Below are positions 1 to 10,647 of a stretch of DNA of 64,000 bases, piece after piece (position 1 is the stretch's first letter; every line of letters begins with the position of its first letter). The position numbers and the translations under genes were made by a program. The DNA lies in IMG/VR virus record IMGVR_UViG_3300020477_000990, positions 264,150 to 328,149 of that record; one strand, given 5' to 3'. The notes beneath the pieces are model-generated. The model worked only from the letters and a program-made list of their open reading frames with translations. It ran no database searches and was not told the DNA's origin.

Positions 1-2
1 CA

Positions 3-434
3 ACTGAAGATGATAAGGCATGGGATTTAGCAAAGCATCAAGCCCAATATGTTATTAATGTTAAGAGAGAACATAAAGAGCAAGAAGAGATTCCAATAGT
101 TCAAGGGCTAATTCCAGTTTTAGATTCAGGAACAGGGTTTATGATGATTAAAAGGTCATGTATAGATAAAATGATAGAAAAATTTCCTGAAACAAAATAT
201 AATAATGATCTTAATACTAATCCTAAATACAATCCTTACTTTTATGCGTTATTCGATACAATGATAGAAGATGGAACAAAGAGATATTTGTCAGAAGATT
301 ACACATTTTGTAGACGTTGGCAGTCAATTGGTGGGGAAATTTGGATGGATCCTTCTATTGATTTAGATCATTATGGAAATTATTCATTTCAGGGTAATAT
401 CAGCGAACAATTTACATTAATCAGAAAAGACTAG
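3..434 (+). CDS. 5'-truncated glycosyltransferase-like protein (GT-A-like phage family)
   Basis: Frame is open from position 3. Motifs DSGTGFMMIKR and YLSEDYTFCRRW..IGG.IW.D are typical of phage GT2-like proteins. Confidence 0.6.
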   Translation, partial: TEDDKAWDLAKHQAQYVINVKREHKEQEEIPIVQGLIPVLDSGTGFMMIKRSCIDKMIEKFPETKYNNDLNTNPKYNPYFYALFDTMIEDGTKRYLSEDYTFCRRWQSIGGEIWMDPSIDLDHYGNYSFQGNISEQFTLIRKD

Positions 435-437
435 TAA

Positions 438-466
438 TTGACTTTTGATACAAAATATAGTATTAT
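438..466 (+). promoter_or_regulatory. sigma70-type promoter, leaderless start
   Basis: TTGACT-N17-TATTAT; the ATG at 473 lies 6 nt after the -10 box. Confidence 0.7.
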
Positions 467-472
467 TAAGTA

Positions 473-964
473 ATGAGTCTACTTGAAAAAATAAAACAAT
501 TATTTCCAACAGCTTCAAAGCCTAATGATGTAAAAACAATTGGAGATGACCTTCTTCATAATAGTTTTTTACAACTTACGGAATATGTTGAGCTTGTAGT
601 TGCACAAATATATAAATTAACTAAAGATACTACATATAGAAGTCGTGAAGATGGGCTTAAAGGTATAGAATGGCTAAAGAAACAAAAAGAAAAAGATATC
701 AAATACCAGTCAGCATTGGATGAAATTAGAATTCTATATACATGGTGGAATGATTTAAGACCAAAAAGAAATGATCCGTGGAAAGGAATTGATCGATCAT
801 TTGGTGATTTTAGAGACGAATGGCTAAATACAACGGAAGATAAAAATCCAGAGTATAAAAGTTTTATGGATCAATGTCGTCATGCAGAGAAAATTCAAAA
901 AGTATATGGCATTGAGGATACCAAGATGCTAATAAGGTTGGTTAACATTAGAGAATATTTGTAA
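473..964 (+). CDS. hypothetical phage protein
   Basis: 163 aa ORF with own promoter; LYTWW..RP.R.DPW and EDTKMLIRLV motifs recur in phage hypotheticals. Confidence 0.6.
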   Translation: MSLLEKIKQLFPTASKPNDVKTIGDDLLHNSFLQLTEYVELVVAQIYKLTKDTTYRSREDGLKGIEWLKKQKEKDIKYQSALDEIRILYTWWNDLRPKRNDPWKGIDRSFGDFRDEWLNTTEDKNPEYKSFMDQCRHAEKIQKVYGIEDTKMLIRLVNIREYL

Positions 965-965
965 T

Positions 966-1217
966 ATGTCAGATAATAATAAAAAAGATGGTTCTAAAAC
1001 TTTTCATTTAACATATCAAGAAATAGTAGATGCATTTGCACAATATCTTTACGATAGACAGTTGCTTGATAATGAAGAATCTGAAGGTTCTTTAGTATTT
1101 GAGCTCAGTGAAGATAACGGTGCTAAAGTAATTGTTACTCCTAAAGTAACAGAAGATGATGAAAGTTCATCAGATTATACAGTTGAGCATATAGATTTAG
1201 AAAAGGAAGAAGAATAA
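966..1217 (+). CDS. acidic hypothetical protein
   Basis: 83 aa ORF, tightly packed. Confidence 0.55.
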   Translation: MSDNNKKDGSKTFHLTYQEIVDAFAQYLYDRQLLDNEESEGSLVFELSEDNGAKVIVTPKVTEDDESSSDYTVEHIDLEKEEE

Positions 1218-1218
1218 T

Positions 1219-1404
1219 ATGGCATACGATGTAGAATTAGAACAATTAAAAGATGAACACGCGAGATTACACATAGCATTAGAAAAATTAGTAGCAGAAG
1301 GTGATGATGACGTTAGAATCGCTGTTATGAAAAAAAGAAAGCTATGGATTAAAGATAAAATTTCACATATTGAAACTAAAAATCAATTAGCACAAGCAAA
1401 TTAA
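1219..1404 (+). CDS. DUF465/YdcH-like small coiled-coil protein
   Basis: L.QLKDEH..L...MKKRKL.IKD.I pattern. Confidence 0.7.
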   Translation: MAYDVELEQLKDEHARLHIALEKLVAEGDDDVRIAVMKKRKLWIKDKISHIETKNQLAQAN

Positions 1405-1420
1405 TATAATAAAAATAATC

Positions 1421-1831
1421 ATGTACGAATATAGATGTAAAATACTAAGAATAGTGGACGGTGATACAGTAGACGTTGACGTAGATTTAGGATTTGGTAC
1501 ATGGATGCACAAAGAACGTGTTAGATTATTAGGAATAGACACTCCAGAATCAAGAACACGTGATAAAGAAGAAAAGAAATTTGGAATATTATCAAAGAAT
1601 TATTTAAAAACCCACTATCCTGTGGGATCATCAGCAGTATTAAGAACCCATAAAGACAAAACAGGAAAGTTTGGTCGTATATTGGGAGAGTTTATATATG
1701 ATAAAACAACAATTAACCAGAAAATGGTTGACGAAGGCTATGCAGTAGTGTACAATGGACAAAGTAAAGATGATATACAAAAAATGCATTTAAATAACCG
1801 TATACGGCTAATTAACGAAGGTAAACTATAA
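1421..1831 (+). CDS. thermonuclease (SNase-like)
   Basis: [17 protein letters not shown] and GKFGRILG motifs. Confidence 0.9.
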   Translation: MYEYRCKILRIVDGDTVDVDVDLGFGTWMHKERVRLLGIDTPESRTRDKEEKKFGILSKNYLKTHYPVGSSAVLRTHKDKTGKFGRILGEFIYDKTTINQKMVDEGYAVVYNGQSKDDIQKMHLNNRIRLINEGKL

Positions 1832-1857
1832 ATATAGGAAACTATAGACTTAATACA

Positions 1858-3927
1858 ATGAATACTAAAGACTTAACGCGATACAGAAATATAGGTATTA
1901 TTGCCCACGTTGATGCTGGTAAAACAACTACAACAGAAAGAATATTATACTATACCGGAAAATCCCATAAAATTGGTGAAGTTCACGATGGAGCCGCGAC
2001 AACGGACTACATGGAACAAGAACAAGAACGTGGTATAACAATTACATCAGCGGCAACTACAGTTTTTTGGAACGATCACAGAATTAACATTATTGATACA
2101 CCAGGACACATTGACTTTAACATTGAAGTAAACAGATCATTAAGAGTACTTGATGGTGCTGTAGTAGTATTTGATGGAGTTGCAGGTGTAGAACCACAAT
2201 CAGAAACAAACTGGCGTTTAGCAGATCAATACAGAGTTCCAAGACTTTGTTTTGTAAACAAATTAGATAGAACAGGTGCAGATTTTTTAAGATGTGTTGA
2301 AATGATTAAAGAAAGACTAGGTGCAAAACCAGTTATAATGACAATACCAATTGGTGCAGAATCTAATTTGCAAGGTATTGTAGATTTAGTTACAATGAAA
2401 GCAATAGTTTGGGATGGAGAGCAATTAGGTGCTTCATTTAATGAGCAAGAAATTCCAGAAGATATGAAAGCTGATGCTGAAAAATATAGAACAGAATTAA
2501 TTGATACTGTAGTTGAACAAGATGAAGCTGTAATGGAATCATATTTAGAAGGTGAAGAACCAACAGTAGAACAAATTAAGTCTTGTGTTAGAAAAGGTAC
2601 AGTTGCATTTGATTTTGTTCCTGTATTATGTGGTAGTGCATTTAAAAATAAAGGTGTACAACCTTTACTAGATGCAGTAGTTGATTACTTACCTGCACCA
2701 ACAGAAGTTGATGCAATATATTCTATAGATGAAAATGGTGAACAAAAAGATCCTATTAAATCTGACCCGTCATTACCATTTAGTGCGTTAGCATTTAAAA
2801 TTATTAATGACAAGTATGGTGCATTAACATTTGCTAGAGTATATAGTGGTAAGGCAAGTTCAGGACATACACTTTACAATTCAACAAGAGATGAAAAAGA
2901 ACGTATTGGTAGAATATATGAAATGCACGCCAATTCAAAAGAAGAAGTAAAAAATATACAAGCTGGTGATATTATTGCATTTGTAGGATTAAAAAATGTT
3001 ACTACAGGTGATACTTTAGTTGCAGAAGATAGTGAAGTAGTATTAGAAAGAATGGTGTTTCCAGAACCAGTTATTGATATTGCAGTAGAACCAAAAACAA
3101 AAGATGACCAAGAAAAAATGGGAGAAGCACTTGGTAAGTTTGTACAAGAAGATCCAAGTTTACGAGTTAAAACAGATCAAGAAACAGGTCAAACAATTTT
3201 AAGTGGAATGGGTGAATTGCATTTAGAAATTATTGTTGATAGAATGAAAAGAGAATTTAAAGTTGGCGCCAATATTGGTAAGCCACAAGTTGCTTATAGA
3301 GAAACAATAACAAAACCATATGAAGTAACATATACACATAAAAAACAATCAGGTGGTTCAGGACAATTTGCACATATTGTTTGTAATATTGAACCAGGAC
3401 AACGTGGTGATGGGTATACATTTGAAGATGAAATTAAAGGTGGTAATGTTCCTAAAGAATTTATACCATCAGTTGAAGATGGGTTTAAAACACAAGGCTA
3501 TTCAGGAGTATTAGCAGGATGGCCAACAGTAGATTATAAAGTTACATTGTTAGATGGAAAATATCACGAAGTAGATTCATCAGCAATAGCATTTGAAATT
3601 GCGGCAAAGGCCGCTTTTAGAGAAGGTATGAAACAAGCAGGACCAGTATTATTAGAACCTATGATGAAAGTTGAAGTTATTACACCTGAAGAATATTTAG
3701 GAGATGTAATAGGTGATTTAAGTTCACGTAGAGGACAAATTAGAGGGCAAGAACCAAGAGGTAATGGATTAGTGTTAGATGCATTAGTTCCTTTAGCCCA
3801 AATGTTTGGATATGTTGGTAATTTACGTTCTTTAACAAGCGGTAGAGCGTCATACAGCATGGAATTTAATAGTTATGAAATTGTACCAAGCAATGTACAA
3901 GAAGAAATAGTAGCAGGAAACCAATAA
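1858..3927 (+). CDS. fusA: elongation factor G
   Basis: [23 protein letters not shown]; full-length 689 aa with domains IV/V ([11 protein letters not shown]). Confidence 0.98.
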   Translation: MNTKDLTRYRNIGIIAHVDAGKTTTTERILYYTGKSHKIGEVHDGAATTDYMEQEQERGITITSAATTVFWNDHRINIIDTPGHIDFNIEVNRSLRVLDGAVVVFDGVAGVEPQSETNWRLADQYRVPRLCFVNKLDRTGADFLRCVEMIKERLGAKPVIMTIPIGAESNLQGIVDLVTMKAIVWDGEQLGASFNEQEIPEDMKADAEKYRTELIDTVVEQDEAVMESYLEGEEPTVEQIKSCVRKGTVAFDFVPVLCGSAFKNKGVQPLLDAVVDYLPAPTEVDAIYSIDENGEQKDPIKSDPSLPFSALAFKIINDKYGALTFARVYSGKASSGHTLYNSTRDEKERIGRIYEMHANSKEEVKNIQAGDIIAFVGLKNVTTGDTLVAEDSEVVLERMVFPEPVIDIAVEPKTKDDQEKMGEALGKFVQEDPSLRVKTDQETGQTILSGMGELHLEIIVDRMKREFKVGANIGKPQVAYRETITKPYEVTYTHKKQSGGSGQFAHIVCNIEPGQRGDGYTFEDEIKGGNVPKEFIPSVEDGFKTQGYSGVLAGWPTVDYKVTLLDGKYHEVDSSAIAFEIAAKAAFREGMKQAGPVLLEPMMKVEVITPEEYLGDVIGDLSSRRGQIRGQEPRGNGLVLDALVPLAQMFGYVGNLRSLTSGRASYSMEFNSYEIVPSNVQEEIVAGNQ

Positions 3928-3930
3928 TGT

Positions 3931-4170
3931 ATGGGGATACTAGATTTACATGGATATTATATACATGAAGCTTGGGAAGAGTTTAAAAAGTTTATTGATG
4001 ATAGTCAAGATATGAAATATGTAACAGTTATTACAGGCAAAGGTAAAATGCAAGAAGAATTCCAACATTGGGTTGATACAAATCCAAAGTTGAAATCCTG
4101 TGAGTTACTACCAACTGGTGGTGCTTACAAGGTATATTACAAGAAAGATAAGAGGAGTCAAAGTGAATAA
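3931..4170 (+). CDS. stand-alone Smr-domain protein
   Basis: LDLHG...VITGKG...GGAY signature. Confidence 0.8.
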   Translation: MGILDLHGYYIHEAWEEFKKFIDDSQDMKYVTVITGKGKMQEEFQHWVDTNPKLKSCELLPTGGAYKVYYKKDKRSQSE

Positions 4171-4366
4171 AGGTAAAATTAAATGGTTTAATCCGACTAA
4201 AGGTTACGGATTTATTGAAGACAGCGAAGGTGGTAAAGATGTATTTTTACATATTTCTGCACTACACGAAGCTGGAATTGAGTCTATTACAGAAGGCGAA
4301 GAAGTTACTTTTGAAATAGGTGAAAATAGAGGCAAGCCTACCGCTATAAATATTAAAAAGGCATAA
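4163..4366 (+). CDS. csp: cold-shock protein
   Basis: GKIKWFN..KGYGFI..DVFLH; probable GTG start at 4163 after AGGAG. Confidence 0.92.
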   Translation: MNKGKIKWFNPTKGYGFIEDSEGGKDVFLHISALHEAGIESITEGEEVTFEIGENRGKPTAINIKKA

Positions 4367-4376
4367 AGGAGACCAA

Positions 4377-4676
4377 ATGAGTACAGGTAAACTAAAATGG
4401 TATAATGGAGCAAAAGGATTTGGCTTTATAGTACCCTCAGATGGTAGCAAAGATGTTTTTGTTCATGTTACTGCATTTAAAGAAGCAGGCATAACAAAAA
4501 TTGACCAAGGTCAAGCTCTTGAATTTGAGATTAAAGAGCATAACGGGAAACCGGTTGCTACTGCTTTGAAATTATTAGAATCACCTGGTGATGAGTCTGC
4601 AGAAGTTAGTACTGAAGCAAAAGTTGAAGATAAAGCTGAAGAAACACCTGCAGAATCTGAAACACCAGCACAGTAA
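4377..4676 (+). CDS. csp: cold-shock protein with acidic C-terminal tail
   Basis: GKLKWYN..KGFGFI..DVFVH plus an E/A/P-rich tail. Confidence 0.92.
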   Translation: MSTGKLKWYNGAKGFGFIVPSDGSKDVFVHVTAFKEAGITKIDQGQALEFEIKEHNGKPVATALKLLESPGDESAEVSTEAKVEDKAEETPAESETPAQ

Positions 4677-4689
4677 TAAGGAGTAGCAA

Positions 4690-5112
4690 ATGGCTAAAGA
4701 AGTAGTCGGGCTGATTAAATTACAAATTCCAGCCGGACAAGCCAAACCAGCCCCGCCAGTAGGGCCAGCTCTTGGACAGAGAGGTGTGAATATCATGGAC
4801 TTCTGTAAGAAGTTTAATGATAAAACTAAAGCCATGGAAGGTCCAATACCTGTTACTATAACGGTCTATAAAGATAAGAGTTTCATTTTTGAGCTAAAAC
4901 AACCACCAGTATCGTTTTTTATATTAAAAGCGGTTGGTTTAAAAAAAGGTGGCAGAACGCCTGGTCGTTCAGTTATTAAAAGAATAACTAAAGCACAGGT
5001 AAGAGAGATAGCTGAGAAAAAAATGGTTGATATGAATGCCTTCACAGTTGAGCAGGCGATGAAGCAAGTTGAAGGCTCATGTCGTTCGATGAGTATCGAA
5101 GTTGTCAAATAA
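4690..5112 (+). CDS. rplK: 50S ribosomal protein uL11
   Basis: [32 protein letters not shown]; SD AAGGAG. Confidence 0.97.
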   Translation: MAKEVVGLIKLQIPAGQAKPAPPVGPALGQRGVNIMDFCKKFNDKTKAMEGPIPVTITVYKDKSFIFELKQPPVSFFILKAVGLKKGGRTPGRSVIKRITKAQVREIAEKKMVDMNAFTVEQAMKQVEGSCRSMSIEVVK

Positions 5113-5241
5113 TTTTTGATTCATTTTTGATATATTATAGGTTTCTTTTAAATCATTTTTTATAAATATTTTTTGGTAGTAAGCCCAACGCCGGTAACGA
5201 CGGTAAGCTGATCCCCACAATAATTTAATCGGAGACAGTCT

Positions 5242-5430
5242 ATGGAAAAAATATTCAGATCCATGGGCGACGGACTCTTAATGGTTGGTGCCCTATTTTC
5301 TAAGAAGCATAGATCATTGGATGTTCCTGCCGACCAGTCGGATCAGGTTAAAAGGTTCAAAAGATGGTTATCCTACGAGCCATCTAAGCATTATTTAGGT
5401 GCTGGCCAAAAAAAGGACACGCATAAGTAA
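5242..5430 (+). CDS. small hypothetical protein
   Basis: GGAG SD; TATAAATA at 5161; C-terminal YEPSKHY motif. Confidence 0.5.
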   Translation: MEKIFRSMGDGLLMVGALFSKKHRSLDVPADQSDQVKRFKRWLSYEPSKHYLGAGQKKDTHK

Positions 5431-5435
5431 TCTTC

Positions 5436-5464
5436 TTGACAAGATGCGTTGTTTCGTGTATTAT
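5436..5464 (+). promoter_or_regulatory. sigma70-type promoter of queD
   Basis: TTGACA-N17-TATTAT. Confidence 0.7.
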
Positions 5465-5497
5465 TATTAATATGCTAAAACAACGCATTTTGCATAT

Positions 5498-5540
5498 TGA
5501 GGTCTTAACGTCATCCCTCTTTAAAAATTCTGCCGTTTTA
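5498..5540 (+). ncRNA. preQ1-I-like riboswitch candidate
   Basis: GAGG-UCUUAACGUCAUC-CCUC stem-loop, then UUUAAAAA; loop AACG can pair with CGUU (5534-5537); directly upstream of the queD SD. Confidence 0.6.
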
Positions 5541-5551
5541 TAGGAGGAAAT

Positions 5552-6004
5552 ATGGGTAAACATTTAAGTACAAAAACATACGGACATAACATTGGTTTAA
5601 GTTCAGTATTTAGACAGCCTAATGCAGACCATTCACATTGTCATTTATTACATGGTTATAGTTTAGCATTTAAGTTCACATTTGGTTGTAATGAGCTAGA
5701 TAATAAAAATTGGGCAGTAGATTTTGGTGGGCTAAAACCATTAAAAGCATGGTTAGAAGATAATTTTGATCATAAAGTTGCATTAGATAAAAACGATCCA
5801 CATCTAGAAAAATTTAAAGAACTTGAGCAATTAGATTTAGCAGAGTTAAGAATATTTGATGGAGTTGGTGCTGAAAAATTTGCGGAACACGCCTTTAACT
5901 TTGCAGATAAATTAATTAGAGAAAAAACAAATAATAGATGCTATTGTATAGAAGTTGAATGTGCGGAGCATGGAGCCAATTCAGCAATATATCGTAATGA
6001 ATGA
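5552..6004 (+). CDS. queD: 6-carboxy-5,6,7,8-tetrahydropterin synthase (QueD-like)
   Basis: SHCHLLHGY, VDFGGLK and FDHK motifs. Confidence 0.85.
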   Translation: MGKHLSTKTYGHNIGLSSVFRQPNADHSHCHLLHGYSLAFKFTFGCNELDNKNWAVDFGGLKPLKAWLEDNFDHKVALDKNDPHLEKFKELEQLDLAELRIFDGVGAEKFAEHAFNFADKLIREKTNNRCYCIEVECAEHGANSAIYRNE

Positions 6005-6650
6005 TGATTATCAAAATTCAGGGTATCCTAATTGGGGTATGCTTGGAGAATTAATTAAAGAAACAAAACCTAAAATAGTTGTAGAAATAGGAACATACTA
6101 CGGAGGGTGGACAAAGTTTCTTTCTGAGAATACTAGTCCAGATACAAGAATTTTTACATTTCAAACACCTGAACGTAGAAGATTAAATCATTTAGCAGAT
6201 ACTACACAAGGAGAAAATAATATTCTTCCTGATTTTGTGGTAGAAGCTTTAACTCAAGATTATCCAGAAACTTGGGGAAATTTTACTGCACAAAATTGGA
6301 AGGATTTAGCAAAGCAAAGTCTAGACAAAAAATATCATGGAATGTATGATTTTAATTTACTTGCTGATGCAATTAGTAATGATAAAAAAATTACTTGTAT
6401 TTTAGCAACTTCTCCACTATCATATCCATGGCCAGTTAAGTATGATTTATGCACAATAAATCTTTCATATCATTTAGATGACAATTTAAAGCAAATAGAT
6501 TATTGGATAAAATATGCCAAAAAGAATGGAATTTTATGTATTAGTTCATATGGGTCTATAGATAAAATTCAAGAAATTTACGGAAAAGATCATAAAGTAA
6601 AACGATGGAGTAATGGTTACTTATGGATTTACGGCAAGTCAAAAATATAA
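5997..6650 (+). CDS. class I SAM-dependent methyltransferase-like
   Basis: VVEIGTYYGG motif I; ATG at 5997 overlaps the end of queD. Confidence 0.6.
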   Translation: MNDDYQNSGYPNWGMLGELIKETKPKIVVEIGTYYGGWTKFLSENTSPDTRIFTFQTPERRRLNHLADTTQGENNILPDFVVEALTQDYPETWGNFTAQNWKDLAKQSLDKKYHGMYDFNLLADAISNDKKITCILATSPLSYPWPVKYDLCTINLSYHLDDNLKQIDYWIKYAKKNGILCISSYGSIDKIQEIYGKDHKVKRWSNGYLWIYGKSKI

Positions 6651-6681
6651 AATTTGTTCATGATTTTATATAAATAATATT

Positions 6682-8064
6682 ATGTTTATGGCAATACTTA
6701 CATTGCTGACTGCATTAAGCATTTCAGCGGTAGCGATTTACTATTCAATTGCAGGTTTGGCGGCTATATTTGCCGCGGCGGCAATCCCTATTATGATTAT
6801 GGGTACTGTTCTTGAGGTTGGTAAGTTAGTAGCGGCCTCTTGGTTGTATCAAAACTGGAAGGCGGCTCCAGGGGCAATTAAAACATATCTATCAATTGCA
6901 GTTGTTGTATTAATGCTAATTACGTCAATGGGTATATTTGGATTTTTATCTAAAGCACACGTAGAGCAAACGTCATTAGGATCTACACAACAAGTTAAAT
7001 TAAACAACATAGAAGAAAAAATTATTAGATCAGAAAATAAAATTGAACGTTGGTCAGATGAAATTGCAAGACTTAATAGTGGGCAAAATGTTCGTGTTGA
7101 TATTTTAATTGATAAGCAAAATGAAGAACTAGCAGTATTGTATGAAAGAATTAAAGAAGAAAAGAACGAATTAAGAGCCCAAGCAGATAAAGATATTGAA
7201 TTACAAAATAATAGATTATTACAAGCAAAAGAACGTAAAGAATCAGATATTGCCGCGGCACAAGAAAGATTTAAAGGTTCTTTTAGTAAAAGAAAATTAG
7301 ATGAAGCTATAGCAGAAGCTAAAGCAAATGAACTTGCAGTTGCTTCGGCGGCACAAAGAATTATTGTAGAAATACAAAATAAGTTACAAGAAAATCTTGC
7401 TAAAATTGATGAAAAATATGCTCCACAAATAGAAAATATTAATGCAACAATTAACGGTTTAAGATCAGAAGCAAACGTTAAGACAGATAATATTGATACA
7501 AGAATTGATGAGTTAGAAATATTCATTGAAGAAGAACAAGATTCGTTAAACCAAGTAAATGAAGATAAAATTATTATTGTAATGGAACAGCAAAAACTTG
7601 AAGTAGAAGTTGGTCCATTAAAATATATTGCAGAATTTATATATGGGCAAGAAGCAGATAGAAATTTATTAGAACAAGCAGTACGTTGGGTTATTATTAC
7701 AATTATATTTGTATTTGATCCACTAGCAGTATGTTTATTAGTAGCGGCTAATATGTCACTTATTAGAAGATTTGGAAGAGGATTTGAAAAACAATATGAG
7801 TACGATCCTAATTTAATAAAAGAATATACTGGTAAGAAGCCAACAAGTGTAACACCAGAGCAAAAAAAAGACGAAAAAGAATTAGCACAGATAAAAGATA
7901 GTAATGCTGAATTAGAAAAAAAATTAAGTGAAGCTGAATCAAAATTAGCTGAACAATTAGATTATCAAAAATCTTTAGAAGATAAACCAGAAAAGTTGGT
8001 CATCAATATTGATGAAACAGCTACAATTGATGCAGAAGATGACACCGAGAAAAAAAAAGGATAA
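6682..8064 (+). CDS. membrane-anchored coiled-coil protein (may extend by -1 frameshift to 8420)
   Basis: Three N-terminal TM helices, long coiled coil, VGPLKYIA...IIFVFDPLAV TM segment; TATAAATA at 6669-6676. Confidence 0.75.
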   Translation: MFMAILTLLTALSISAVAIYYSIAGLAAIFAAAAIPIMIMGTVLEVGKLVAASWLYQNWKAAPGAIKTYLSIAVVVLMLITSMGIFGFLSKAHVEQTSLGSTQQVKLNNIEEKIIRSENKIERWSDEIARLNSGQNVRVDILIDKQNEELAVLYERIKEEKNELRAQADKDIELQNNRLLQAKERKESDIAAAQERFKGSFSKRKLDEAIAEAKANELAVASAAQRIIVEIQNKLQENLAKIDEKYAPQIENINATINGLRSEANVKTDNIDTRIDELEIFIEEEQDSLNQVNEDKIIIVMEQQKLEVEVGPLKYIAEFIYGQEADRNLLEQAVRWVIITIIFVFDPLAVCLLVAANMSLIRRFGRGFEKQYEYDPNLIKEYTGKKPTSVTPEQKKDEKELAQIKDSNAELEKKLSEAESKLAEQLDYQKSLEDKPEKLVINIDETATIDAEDDTEKKKG

Positions 8065-8420
8065 CCAAGTCCGAGGTAGTTAATCTTGTTATTGATGATA
8101 TTAATGAAATTAAAACACAAGAAATACTAAATGAACAGGCCAATGTTTCAACGGTCGAAGAGTATAAGGTTGAAAAGCCAGATGAAATTTTGGTTGAAAA
8201 TATTAAAATTGAACCAAAACCAGAAGTTGAAATGAAATTTAAAGAAGAAGTAAATGTTAGGATGAAGGAAATAGAAAAAAAGATTGACACAGAGCAAAAT
8301 CGTGTTATTATTAATAAAACTATGAAAAATGAAAGTTTAAAGAAAACAACAAATACTTCACAAGAAATTGGATGGCTAAAAGGCTATGTTGGCAAGATTG
8401 CTGGAGATAAAGAAGAATAA
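8050..8420 (+). other. -1 frame extension of the preceding gene starting at an A9 run
   Basis: The -1 frame is open from 8052 to the stop at 8420; no convincing independent start or SD. Confidence 0.55.
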
Positions 8421-9109
8421 TGGATTGGACAAATTTAGACAAAGTTGAGTTTGCTATTACAACACATTGTCAAGCTAAATGTCCGTTGTGTGCTAGAACC
8501 AATAAAGAAACTTTAGAAAAAGTAAATTGGTTGCCATTGCATCATTTATCTTTAGATGAATACAAAAATGCTGTTGATCAATTGTTACCTAATAGAGATA
8601 TAGATTTTTGTGGTGATTACGGTGATCCAATAATGCATCCACAAATTGAAGATTTTATTGATTATGCTATACAAAAAAATCACAATGTAAGTGTACACAC
8701 AAATGGTGGCTTACGTACAAAAGATTGGTATATTAAAGTTGCAAAGAAATATAATAAACTTTTAATGGTGTTTGCTATTGATGGAATAGACGAAGAAACA
8801 AATTCAAAATATAGAGTAGGAGTTAACTTTAATCGTGCTTGGGAAAATATGATAGCTCATGCAGAAAATAGTAATGGGCATACAGTTTGGAACTTTTTAG
8901 TATTTGATTTTAATTATGATCAATTAGATAGAGCAAAAGAATTGTGTCAGAAACATAATATTATATTTGTTCCACATATGAATACTAGAGTAACAGAATA
9001 CTATGATCATTTAATTAAAGATTTAACTTTAAAAGTGCAATTAGAACAAAAGTGTGATAATATGTATGATCCAAAATTAACAGAAAGAGTAGCTTTATAT
9101 GTCGATTAA
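8420..9109 (+). CDS. radical SAM protein (core domain)
   Basis: CQAKCPLC (CxxxCxxC), CGDYGDP, TNGG, FAIDG. Confidence 0.88.
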   Translation: MDWTNLDKVEFAITTHCQAKCPLCARTNKETLEKVNWLPLHHLSLDEYKNAVDQLLPNRDIDFCGDYGDPIMHPQIEDFIDYAIQKNHNVSVHTNGGLRTKDWYIKVAKKYNKLLMVFAIDGIDEETNSKYRVGVNFNRAWENMIAHAENSNGHTVWNFLVFDFNYDQLDRAKELCQKHNIIFVPHMNTRVTEYYDHLIKDLTLKVQLEQKCDNMYDPKLTERVALYVD

Positions 9110-9383
9110 TTGCAAATCAAAAGGTATCATTGTTGATTATAATAATAAAGTTTACCCTTGTTGCTATGTATTAACTAGAGAAATGTTTCCTGAAGAAAAA
9201 AGTAAATATTTAAGTAAGTTAGATAATGATTGGAATGATTTATCAAAGTATACATTAGAAAAAATATTAAGTAATAAAGCATTTACTGAACATTTCAATG
9301 AAAAACATTGGAATGATAAAAACAACTGCGATGAGATATGTACGTCTCAATGCTCAATAAAGAAAGAAAAAAATAATGCCTAA
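9099..9383 (+). CDS. stand-alone SPASM/twitch-like Fe-S domain
   Basis: C...VYPCC...C..QC matches the C-terminal domain of paralogues at 13151 and 25519. Confidence 0.75.
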   Translation: MSINCKSKGIIVDYNNKVYPCCYVLTREMFPEEKSKYLSKLDNDWNDLSKYTLEKILSNKAFTEHFNEKHWNDKNNCDEICTSQCSIKKEKNNA

Positions 9384-10647
9384 GAAAAAAGACGAACAAT
9401 TTAGTTGTTCATTTTGTGGAAAAAATAGAGAGAAAGTAAAAAAACTTATTGCAGGACCAAAGGTTTATATTTGTAATGAGTGTATTGAACTTTGTCATTC
9501 AATTTTAGAAGAAAGTGATTTACGTCAAGTAGAAGAACGTAAGCAAGAATTAAAACAAATTATACCAGATGAATTAAAAGCACATTTAGATGAACACGTA
9601 ATTGGTCAAGAACAAGCTAAAAAAGTTTTAAGTGTAGCAGTATATAACCATTATAAAAGATTAGCTAATCCTATAGTAGATGGTGTTGAACTTGAAAAAT
9701 CAAATGTTTTATTAGTAGGACCAAGTGGCTGTGGTAAAACATTATTAGCAAAACGTATAGCAGATTATTTAGATGTTCCATTTGCTCAAGCAGATGCAAC
9801 TACATTAACTGAAAGTGGATATGTTGGCGATGATGTAGAAAATATTATATTAAGATTATTACAAAATTGTGATTTTGATGTAGCAAAAGCAGAAAAAGGT
9901 ATTGTTTATATTGATGAAATAGATAAAAAATCACGTAAGTCTGAGTCAACTTCTATTACTAGAGATGTATCAGGAGAAGGTGTGCAACAAGCATTATTAA
10001 AATTGCTTGAAGGTACTATAGTGAGAGTTCCACCAGCTGGTGGAAGAAAACACCCACAGCAAGAAATGATTACTGTTGACACTACAAATATTTTATTTGT
10101 TGTAGGTGGAGCATTTGTTGGGTTAGAGGAAATTATTCGTAAAAGACTTAATTTGAATACAACAATAGGATTTAATTCTTCATCACCATCAAAAGAAGAA
10201 ATTGAAAGAGTATTAGAAAGAGCTGAACCAGATGATATAGTTAAATTTGGATTAATTCCTGAAATGGTAGGTAGGTTGCCAGTTGTTGTTGCTTGTCATA
10301 AACTTGATAAACAACATTTAAATGATATTCTTGTTAAACCTAAAAGTGCCATATTAAAGCAATTCCAAAAAATGTTTAAGTTAGATGGAATTGAATTAGA
10401 GTTTAGTGATGAAGCAATTGAAGTTGTATGCACTTTAGCATTAAAAAAAGATATAGGTGCTAGAGGACTAAGATCTGTTTTAGAAAAGCATTTATTACAA
10501 TTACAATACGAGTTACCAATGCTTAAAGAACAAGGTGTTGAACGTATTGCAATTAATGAAACTTTTATAACAGAAGGAAAGCCACCAATGTTAATATATA
10601 AAGAAGTAAATAAAGATAAAGACGGAACGGATAACGGAGCGAAGTGA
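9376..10647 (+). CDS. clpX: ATP-dependent Clp protease ATP-binding subunit ClpX
   Basis: Zn finger [19 protein letters not shown] loop, IGF. Confidence 0.97.
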   Translation: MPKKKDEQFSCSFCGKNREKVKKLIAGPKVYICNECIELCHSILEESDLRQVEERKQELKQIIPDELKAHLDEHVIGQEQAKKVLSVAVYNHYKRLANPIVDGVELEKSNVLLVGPSGCGKTLLAKRIADYLDVPFAQADATTLTESGYVGDDVENIILRLLQNCDFDVAKAEKGIVYIDEIDKKSRKSESTSITRDVSGEGVQQALLKLLEGTIVRVPPAGGRKHPQQEMITVDTTNILFVVGGAFVGLEEIIRKRLNLNTTIGFNSSSPSKEEIERVLERAEPDDIVKFGLIPEMVGRLPVVVACHKLDKQHLNDILVKPKSAILKQFQKMFKLDGIELEFSDEAIEVVCTLALKKDIGARGLRSVLEKHLLQLQYELPMLKEQGVERIAINETFITEGKPPMLIYKEVNKDKDGTDNGAK

